NCBI GenBank assembly: GCA_964057225.1
Contig: OZ059899.1
Coordinates: forward strand, 3,596,001-3,660,000
DNA from: Auanema rhodensis
Lineage: Eukaryota > Animalia > Nematoda
Length of the DNA: 64,000 nt
Reading direction: 5' to 3'
Shown here: one piece after another, positions 54,001 through 64,000 of the stretch
How the letters are laid out: each line of letters begins with the position of its first letter
Position numbering within the stretch: the stretch's first letter is position 1
Made by a program: the position numbers and the translations under genes
Notes under the pieces: model-generated
What the model was told of the DNA's origin: nothing
Seen by the model: only the letters and a program-made list of their open reading frames with translations
The model's database searches: none

Positions 54001-57000
54001 CTGCGTCGATCTGTGTTATCAGATTTGCGCTAGCTTAAAAATGCACCGAGATATCAACTGATATAAGTTCACACTTATATCCTCGATTTTCACCCTGAAG
54101 AATTAATTTTTTCGTTGAATAACATTGTCTATCGTCTTTGCCTTGAAAAATGGAATCTAAAAACATCTACTTTTTGCTAAATTATTTTGAAATTTTTCGA
54201 AAAAATTTTTGTCAAAATGTTTTTGGAAGCAATGTTGAGTGTACATGGAAACTCAACATACACTAATGCATCATTTTTCAAACGATCATAACTAATTTTT
54301 GTATTAAGCGTTTCTCAATGTAGTATAGTGCATTCGATGCGGATTTTCAAGCTGCGTCGATCTGTGTTATCAGATTTGCGCTAGCTTAAAAATGCACCGA
54401 GATATCAACTGATATAAGTTCACACATATATACCCGATTTTCACCCTGAAGAATTAATTTTTTCGTTGAATAACCTTGTCCATCGTCTTTGCCTTGAAAA
54501 ATGGAATCTAAAAGCTTCTACTTTTTGCTAAATTATCTTGAAATTTTTCGAAAAAATTTTTGTCAAAATGTTTTTGGAAGCAATGTTGAGTGTACATGGA
54601 AACTCAACATACACTAATGCATCATTTTTCAAACGATCATAACTAATTTTTGTATTAAGCGTTTCTCAATGTAGTATAGTGCATTCGATGCGGATTTTCA
54701 AGCTGCGTCGATCTGTGTTATCAGATTTGCGCTAGCTTAAAAATGCACCGAGATATCAACTGATATAAGTTCACACATATATACCCGATTTTCACCCTGA
54801 AGAATTAATTTTTTCGTTGAATAACATTGTCCATCGTCTTTGCCTTGAAAAAAGGAATCTAAAAACATCTACTTTTTGCTAAATTATTTTGAAATTTTTC
54901 GAAAAAATTTTTGTCAAAATGTTTTTGGAAGCAATGTTCAGTGTACATGGAAACTCAACATACACTAATGCATCATTTTTCAAACGATCATAACTAATTT
55001 TTGTATTAAGCGTTTCTCAATGTAGTATAGTGCATTCGATGCGGATTTTTAAGCTGCGTCGATCTGTGTTATCAGATTTGCGCTAGCTTAAAAATGCACC
55101 GAGATATCAACTGATATAAGTTCACACATATATCCTCGATTTTCACCCTGAAGAAATACTTTTTTCGTTGAATAACATTGTCTATCGTCTTTGCCTTGAA
55201 AAATGGAATCTAAAAACATCTACTTTTTGCTAAATTATTTTGAAATTTTTCGAAAAAATTTTTGTCAAAATATTTTTGGAAGCAATGTTGAGTGTACATG
55301 GAAACTCAACATACACTAATGCATAATTTTTCAAACGATCATAACTAATTTTTGTATTAAGCGTTTCTCAATGTAGTATAGTGCATTCGATGCGGATTTT
55401 TAAGCTTCGTCGATCTGTGTTATCAGATTTGCGCTAGCTTAAAAATGCACCGAGATATCAACTGATATAAGTTCACACTTATATCCTCGATTTTCACCCT
55501 GAAGAATTAATTTTTTCGTTGAATACCATTGTCTATCGTCTTTGCTTTGAAAAATGGAATCTAAAAACATCTACTTTTTGCTAAATTATTTTGAAATTTT
55601 TCGAAAAAATTTTTGTCAAAATGTTTTTGGAAGCAATGTTGAGTGTACATGGAAACTCAACATACACTAATGCATAATTTTTCAAACGATCATAACTAAT
55701 TTTTGTATTAAGCGTTTCTCAATGTAGTATAGTGCATTCGATCCGGATTTTTAAGCTGCGTCGATCTGTGTTATCAGATTTGCGCTAGCTTAAAAATGCA
55801 CCGAGATATCAACTGATATAAGTTCACACATATATACCCGATTTTCACCCTGAAGAATTAATTTTTTCGTTGAATAACCTTGTCCATCGTCTTTGCCTTG
55901 AAAAATGGAATCTAAAAGCATCTACTTTTTGCTAAATTATCTTGAAATTTTTCGAAAAAATTTTTGTCAAAATGTTTTTGGAAGCAATGTTGAGTGTACA
56001 TGGAAACTCAACATACACTAATGCATCATTTTTCAAACGATCATAACTAATTTTTGTATTAAGCGTTTCTCAATGTAGTATAGTGCATTCGATGCGGATT
56101 TTCAAGCTGCGTCGATCTGTGTTATCAGATTTGCGCTAGCTTAAAAATGCACCGAGATATCAACTGATATAAGTTCACACATATATACCCGATTTTCACC
56201 CTGAAGAATTAATTTTTTCGTTGAATAACATTGTCCATCGTCTTTGCCTTGAAAAAAGGAATCTAAAAACATCTACTTTTTGCTAAATTATTTTGAAATT
56301 TTTCGAAAAAATTTTTGTCAAAATGTTTTTGGAAGCAATGTTCAGTGTACATGGAAACTCAACATACACTAATGCATCATTTTTCAAACGATCATAACTA
56401 ATTTTTGTATTAAGCGTTTCTCAATGTAGTATAGTGCATTCGATGCGGATTTTTAAGCTGCGTCGATCTGTGTTATCAGATTTGCGCTAGCTTAAAAATG
56501 CACCGAGATATCAACTGATATAAGTTCACACATATATCCTCGATTTTCACCCTGAAGAAATACTTTTTTCGTTGAATAACATTGTCTATCGTCTTTGCCT
56601 TGAAAAATGGAATCTAAAAACATCTACTTTTTGCTAAATTATTTTGAAATTTTTCGAAAAAATTTTTGTCAAAATATTTTTGGAAGCAATGTTGAGTGTA
56701 CATGGAAACTCAACATACACTAATGCATAATTTTTCAAACGATCATAACTAATTTTTGTATTAAGCGTTTCTCAATGTAGTATAGTGCATTCGATGCGGA
56801 TTTTTAAGCTTCGTCGATCTGTGTTATCAGATTTGCGCTAGCTTAAAAATGCACCGAGATATCAACTGATATAAGTTCACACTTATATCCTCGATTTTCA
56901 CCCTGAAGAATTAATTTTTTCGTTGAATACCATTGTCTATCGTCTTTGCTTTGAAAAATGGAATCTAAAAACATCTACTTTTTGCTAAATTATTTTGAAA

Positions 57001-60000
57001 TTTTTCGAAAAAATTTTTGTCAAAATGTTTTTGGAAGCAATGTTGAGTGTACATGGAAACTCAACATACACTAATGCATAATTTTTCAAACGATCATAAC
57101 TAATTTTTGTATTAAGCGTTTCTCAATGTAGTATAGTGCATTCGATCCGGATTTTTAAGCTGCGTCGATCTGTGTTATCAGATTTGCGCTAGCTTAAAAA
57201 TGCACCGAGATATCAACTGATATAAGTTCACACATATATACCCGATTTTCACCCTGAAGAATTAATTTTTTCGTTGAATAACCTTGTCCATCGTCTTTGC
57301 CTTGAAAAATGGAATCTAAAAGCATCTACTTTTTGCTAAATTATCTTGAAATTTTTCGAAAAAATTTTTGTCAAAATGTTTTTGGAAGCAATGTTGAGTG
57401 TACATGGAAACTCAACATACACTAATGCATCATTTTTCAAACGATCATAACTAATTTTTGTATTAAGCGTTTCTCAATGTAGTATAGTGCATTCGATGCG
57501 GATTTTCAAGCTGCGTCGATCTGTGTTATCAGATTTGCGCTAGCTTAAAAATGCACCGAGATATCAACTGATATAAGTTCACACATATATACCCGATTTT
57601 CACCCTGAAGAATTAATTTTTTCGTTGAATAACATTGTCCATCGTCTTTGCCTCGAAAAAAGGAATCTAAAAACATCTACTTTTTGCTAAATTATTTTGA
57701 AATTTTTCGAAAAAATTTTTGTCAAAATGTTTTTGGAAGCAATGTTGAGTGTACATGGAAACTCAACATACACTAATGCATCATTTTTCAAACGATCATA
57801 ACTAATTTTTGTATTAAGCGTTTCTCAATGTAGTATAGTGCATTCGATGCGGATTTTCAAGCTGCGTCGATCTGTGTTATCAGATTTGCGCTAGCTTAAA
57901 AATGCACCGAGATATCAACTGATATAAGTTCACACATATATACCCGATTTTCACCCTGAAGAATTAATTTTTTCGTTGAATAACCTTGTCCATCGTCTTT
58001 GCCTTGAAAAATGGAATCTAAAAGCATCTACTTTTTGCTAAATTATCTTGAAATTTTTCGAAAAAATTTTTGTCAAAATGTTTTTGGAAGCAATGTTGAG
58101 TGTACATGGAAACTCAACATACACTAATGCATCATTTTTCAAACGATCATAACTAATTTTTGTATTAAGCGTTTCTCAATGTAGTATAGTGCATTCGATG
58201 CGGATTTTCAAGCTGCGTCGATCTGTGTTATCAGATTTGCGCTAGCTTAAAAATGCACCGAGATATCAACTGATATAAGTTCACACATATATACCCGATT
58301 TTCACCCTGAAGAACTAGTTTTTTTGTTTAATAACATTGTCCATCGTCTTTGCCTTGAAAAAAGGAATCTAAAAACATCTACTTTTTGCTAAATTATTTT
58401 GAAATTTTTCGAAAAAATTTTTGTCAAAATGTTTTTGGAAGCAATGTTGAGTGTACATGGAAACTCAACATACACTAATGCATCATTTTTCAAACGATCA
58501 TAACTAATTTTTGTATTAAGCGTTTCTCAATGTAGTATAGTGCATTCGATGCGGATTTTTAAGCTTCGTCGATCTGTGTTATCAGATTTGCGCTAGCTTA
58601 AAAATGCACCGAGATATCAACTGATATAAGTTCACACATATATCCTCGATTTTCACCCTGAAGAAATACTTTTTTCGTTGAATAACATTGTCTATCGTCT
58701 TTGCCTTGAAAAATGGAATCTAAAAACATCTACTTTTTGCTAAATTATTTTGAAATTTTTCGAAAAAATTTTTGTCAAAATATTTTTGGAAGCAATGTTG
58801 AGTGTACATGGAAACTCAACATACACTAATGCATAATTTTTCAAACGATCATAACTAATTTTTGTATTAAGCGTTTCTCAATGTAGTATAGTGCATTCGA
58901 TGCGGATTTTTAAGCTTCGTCGATCTGTGTTATCAGATTTGCGCTAGCTTAAAAATGCACCGAGATATCAACTGATATAAGTTCACACTTATATCCTCGA
59001 TTTTCACCCTGAAGAATTAATTTTTTCGTTGAATACCATTGTCTATCGTCTTTGCTTTGAAAAATGGAATCTAAAAACATCTACTTTTTGCTAAATTATT
59101 TTGAAATTTTTCGAAAAAATTTTTGTCAAAATGTTTTTGGAAGCAATGTTGAGTGTACATGGAAACTCAACATACACTAATGCATAATTTTTCAAACGAT
59201 CATAACTAATTTTTGTATTAAGCGTTTCTCAATGTAGTATAGTGCATTCGATCCGGATTTTTAAGCTGCGTCGATCTGTGTTATCAGATTTGCGCTAGCT
59301 TAAAAATGCACCGAGATATCAACTGATATAAGTTCACACATATATACCCGATTTTCACCCTGAAGAATTAATTTTTTCGTTGAATAACCTTGTCCATCGT
59401 CTTTGCCTTGAAAAATGGAATCTAAAAGCATCTACTTTTTGCTAAATTATCTTGAAATTTTTCGAAAAAATTTTTGTCAAAATGTTTTTGGAAGCAATGT
59501 TGAGTGTACATGGAAACTCAACATACACTAATGCATCATTTTTCAAACGATCATAACTAATTTTTGTATTAAGCGTTTCTCAATGTAGTATAGTGCATTC
59601 GATGCGGATTTTCAAGCTGCGTCGATCTGTGTTATCAGATTTGCGCTAGCTTAAAAATGCACCGAGATATCAACTGATATAAGTTCACACATATATACCC
59701 GATTTTCACCCTGAAGAATTAATTTTTTCGTTGAATAACATTGTCCATCGTCTTTGCCTCGAAAAAAGGAATCTAAAAACATCTACTTTTTGCTAAATTA
59801 TTTTGAAATTTTTCGAAAAAATTTTTGTCAAAATGTTTTTGGAAGCAATGTTGAGTGTACATGGAAACTCAACATACACTAATGCATCATTTTTCAAACG
59901 ATCATAACTAATTTTTGTATTAAGCGTTTCTCAATGTAGTATAGTGCATTCGATGCGGATTTTCAAGCTGCGTCGATCTGTGTTATCAGATTTGCGCTAG

Positions 60001-60711
60001 CTTAAAAATGCACCGAGATATCAACTGATATAAGTTCACACATATATACCCGATTTTCACCCTGAAGAATTAATTTTTTCGTTGAATAACCTTGTCCATC
60101 GTCTTTGCCTTGAAAAATGGAATCTAAAAGCATCTACTTTTTGCTAAATTATCTTGAAATTTTTCGAAAAAATTTTTGTCAAAATGTTTTTGGAAGCAAT
60201 GTTGAGTGTACATGGAAACTCAACATACACTAATGCATCATTTTTCAAACGATCATAACTAATTTTTGTATTAAGCGTTTCTCAATGTAGTATAGTGCAT
60301 TCGATGCGGATTTTCAAGCTGCGTCGATCTGTGTTATCAGATTTGCGCTAGCTTAAAAATGCACCGAGATATCAACTGATATAAGTTCACACGTATATAC
60401 CCGATTTTCACCCTGAAGAATTAGTTTTTTTGTTTAATAACATTGTCCATCGTCTTTGCCTTAAAAAAAGAAATCTAAAAACATCTACTTTTTGCTAAAT
60501 TATTTTGAAATTTTTCGAAAAAATTTTTGTCAAAATGTTTTTGGAAGCAATGTTGAGTGTACATGGAAACTCAACATACACTAATGCATCATTTTTCAAA
60601 CGATCATAACTAATTTTTGTATTAAGCGTTTCTCAATGTAGTATAGTGCATTCGATGCGGATTTTTAAGCTTCGTCGATCTGTGTTATCAGATTTGCGCT
60701 AGCTTAAAAAT
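48078..60711. repeat. 4-monomer (1404 bp) higher-order unit nested in 12-mer and 6-mer duplications
   Basis: Divergent pair (GAAATACTT/AAAATATTTT monomer then GAATACC/GATCCGG monomer) starts at 48780, 50886, 52290, 55096, 56500, 58606. Region 50184-53342 repeats at 54394-57552 (offset 4210); 56500-58605 repeats at 58606-60711 (offset 2106). Confidence 0.9.
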
Positions 60712-63700
60712 GCACCGAGATATCAACTGATATAAGTTCACACTTATATCCTCGATTTTCACCCTGAAGAATTAATTTTTTCGTTGAATAACATTGTCCA
60801 TCGTCTTTGCCTTGAAAAATGGAATCTTAAAACATCTACTTTTTGCTAAATTATTTTGAAATTTTTCGAAAAAATTTTTGTCAAAATGTTTTTGGAAGAA
60901 ATGTTGAGTGTACATGGAAACTCAACATACACTAATGCATCATTTTTCAAACGATCATAACTAATTTTTGTATTAAGCGTTTCTCAATGTAGTATAGTGC
61001 ATTCGATGCGGATTTTCAAGCTGCGTCGATCTGTGTTATCAGATTTGCGCTAGCTTAAAAATGCACCGAGATATCAACTGATATAAGTTCACACATATAT
61101 ACCCGATTTTCACCCTGAAAAATTAATTTTTTCGTTGAATAACCTTGTCCATCGTCTTTGCCTTGAAAAATGGAATCTAAAAACATCTACTTTTTGCTAA
61201 ATTATTTTGAAATTTTTCGAAAAAATTTTTGTCAAAATGTTTTTGGAAGCAATGTTGAGTGTACATGGAAACTCAACATACACTAATGCATCATTTTTCA
61301 AACGATCATAACTAATTTTTGTATTAAGCGTTTCTCAATGTAGTATAGTGCATTCGATGCGGATTTTCAAGCTGCGTCGATCTGTGTTATCAGATTTGCG
61401 CTAGCTTAAAAATGCACCGAGATATCAACTGATATAAGTTCACACATATATACCCGATTTTCACCCTGAAGAATTAATTTTTTCGTTGAATAACATTGTC
61501 CATCGTCTTTGCCTTGAAAAATGGAATCTAAAAACATCTACGTTTTGCTAAATTATTTTGAAATTTTTCGAAAAAATTTTTGTCAAAATGTTTTTGGAAG
61601 CAATGTTGAGTGTACATGGAAACTCAACATACACTAATGCATCATTTTTCAAACGATCATAACTAATTTTTGTATTAAGCGTTTCTCAATGTAGTATAGT
61701 GCATTCGATGCGGATTTTTAAGCTTCGTCGATCTGTGTTATCAGATTTGCGCTAGCTTAAAAATGCACCGAGATATCAACTGATATAAGTTCACACTTAT
61801 ATCCTCGATTTTCACCCTGAAGAATTAATTTTTTCGTTGAATAACATTGTCCATCGTCTTTGCCTTGAAAAATGGAATCTAAAAACATCTACGTTTTGCT
61901 AAATTATTTCGAAATTTTTCGAAAAAATTTTTGTCAAAATGTTTTTGGAAGCAATGTTGAGTGTACATGGAAACTCAACATACACTAATGCATCATTTTT
62001 CAAACGATCATAACTAATTTTTGTAATAAGCGTTTCTAAATGTAGTATAATGCATTCGATGCGGATTTTTAAGCTGCGTCGATCTGTGTTATCAGATTTG
62101 CGCTAGCTTAAAAATGCACCGAGATATCAACTGATATAAGTTCACACTTATATCCTCGATTTTCACCCTGAAGAATTTTTTTTTTTGTTGAATAACCTTG
62201 TCCATCGTCTTTGCCTTGAAAAATGGAATCTAAAAACATCTACTTTTTGCTAAATTATTTTGAAATTTTTCGAAAAAATTTTTGTCAAAATGTTTTTGGA
62301 AGCAATGTTGAGTGTACATGGAAACTCAACATACACTAATGCATCATTTTTCAAACGATCATAACTAATTTTTGTATTAAGCGTTTCTCAATGTAGTATA
62401 GTGCATTCGATGCGGATTTTCAAGCTGCGTCGATCTGTGTTATCAGATTTGTGCTAGCTTAAAAATGCACCGAGATATCAACTGATATAAGTTCACACAT
62501 ATATACCCGATTTTCACCCTGAAGAATTAATTTTTTCGTTGAATAACATTGTCCATCGTCTTTGCCTTGAAAAAAGGAATCTAAAAACATCTACTTTTTG
62601 TTAAATTATTTTGAAATTTTTCGAAAAAATTTTTGTCAAAATGTTTTTGGAAGCAATGTTGAGTGTACATGGAAACTCAACATACACTAATGCATCATTT
62701 TTCAAACGATCATAACTAATTTTTGTATTAAGCGTTTCTCAATGTAGTATAGTGCATTCGATGCGGATTTTTAAGCTGCGTCGATCTGTGTTATCAGATT
62801 TACGCTAGCTTAAAAATGCACCGAGATATCAACTGATATAAGTTCACACTTATATCCTCGATTTTCACCCTGAAGAAATAATTTTTTCGTTGAATAACAT
62901 TGTCTATCGTCTTTGCCTTGAAAAATGGAATCTTAAAACATCTACTTTTTGCTAAATTATTTTGAAATTTTTCGAAAAAATTTTTGTCAAAATGTTTTTG
63001 GAAGCAATGTTGAGTGTACATGGAAACTCAACATACACTAATGCATCATTTTTCAAACGATCATAACTAATTTTTGTATCGAGTGTTTCTCAATGTAGTA
63101 TAGTGCATTCGATGCGGATTTTTAAGCTGCGTCGATCTGTGTTATCAGATTTGCGCTAGCTTAAAAATGCACCGAGATATCAACTGATATAAGTTCACAC
63201 TTATATCCTCGATTTTCACCCTGAAGAATTAATTTTTTCGTTGAATAACATTGTCCATCGTCTTTGCCTTGAAAAATGGAATCTAAAAACATCTACTTTT
63301 TGCTAAATTATTTTGAAATTTTTCGAAAAAATTTTTGTCAAAATGTTTTTGGAAGCAATGTTGAGTGTACATGGAAACTCAACATACACTAATGCATCAT
63401 TTTTCAAACGATCATAACTAATTTTTGTATTAAGCGTTTCTCAATGTAGTATAGTGCATTCGATGCGGATTTTCAAGCTGCGTCGATCTGTGTTATCAGA
63501 TTTGCGCTAGCTTAAAAATGCACCGAGATATCAACTGATATAAGTTCACACATATATACCCGATTTTCACCCTGAAGAATTAATTTTTTCGTTGAATAAC
63601 CTTGTCCATCGTCTTTGCCTTGAAAAATGGAATCTAAAAACATCTACTTTTTGCTAAATTATTTTGAAATTTTTCGAAAAAATTTTTGTCAAAATGTTTT

Positions 63701-64000
63701 TGGAAGCAATGTTGAGTGTACATGGAAACTCAACATACACTAATGCATCATTTTTCAAACGATCATAACTAATTTTTGTATTAAGCGTTTCTCAATGTAG
63801 TATAGTGCATTCGATGCGGATTTTCAAGCTGCGTCGATCTGTGTTATCAGATTTGCGCTAGCTTAAAAATGCACCGAGATATCAACTGATATAAGTTCAC
63901 ACATATATACCCGATTTTCACCCTGAAGAATTAATTTTTTCGTTGAATAACATTGTCCATCGTCTTTGCCTTGAAAAAAGGAATCTAAAAACATCTACTT

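Larger units (their letters stand above)
1..64000. repeat. Tandem satellite DNA array, 351-bp monomer, 182 full copies + 130-bp partial, single orientation, extends beyond both window edges
   Basis: GCACCGAGATATCAACTG recurs at 1, 352, 703 ... 7021, 14041, 21061 (exact multiples of 351). The last start, 63871, is consistent with six 2-bp deletions. Monomers differ from monomer 1 at 0 to about 10 sites. No non-repeat sequence seen. Confidence 0.99.

Noticed and set aside
48780-58956. Mirror-symmetric spacing 6-4-8-4-6 of the marker pair as a 'code'
   Set aside because: Adequately explained by overlapping 4-, 6- and 12-monomer duplications; too few intervals to carry meaning.
62800-63021. 73-aa minus-strand ORF (MYTQHCFQKH...)
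   Set aside because: The same ATG exists in essentially every monomer, but the consensus frame has stops at about codons 30 and 48. This monomer alone carries both A117>T and T61>A, which remove them. The F/K/N-rich product simply reflects A/T tracts.
1-64000. Tandem coding repeat, since 351 = 117 x 3
   Set aside because: The ORF track shows no frame open across even one monomer, and 2-bp deletions are tolerated and amplified.
1-64000. CRISPR array or repeat-spacer/cassette system
   Set aside because: There are no unique spacers or cargo; whole monomers are near-identical, and no cas, integrase or reverse transcriptase genes are present.

Overview
The whole 64-kb window is one uninterrupted head-to-tail tandem array (satellite DNA) of a 351-bp AT-rich monomer (about 32% GC by hand count of monomer 1). 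It holds 182 complete monomers plus a 130-bp partial copy starting at 63871. The only length changes are six 2-bp deletions (182x351+1-12=63871 checks). I found no genes, RNA genes, CRISPR array or transposon insertion, and the single 73-aa ORF is a chance read-through in one variant monomer. This looks like eukaryotic heterochromatic, possibly (peri)centromeric, satellite; I cannot assign family or species. The interest is in the fine structure. (1) The monomer is built from several dyads (monomer positions 5-43, 59-66, 142-176, 190-217, 301-351), and several variant alleles perfect these dyads or create new palindromes. (2) Both independent indels fall in one 28-bp hairpin. (3) SNP haplotypes reveal short-lived higher-order repeats (3-, 4-, 5-, 6-mers), 12-17-monomer segmental duplications, recombinant monomers and a left/right domain switch near 33-35 kb. 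All monomer typing was done by eye; 'pos' means position within the monomer, with pos 1 = G of GCACCGAGAT.
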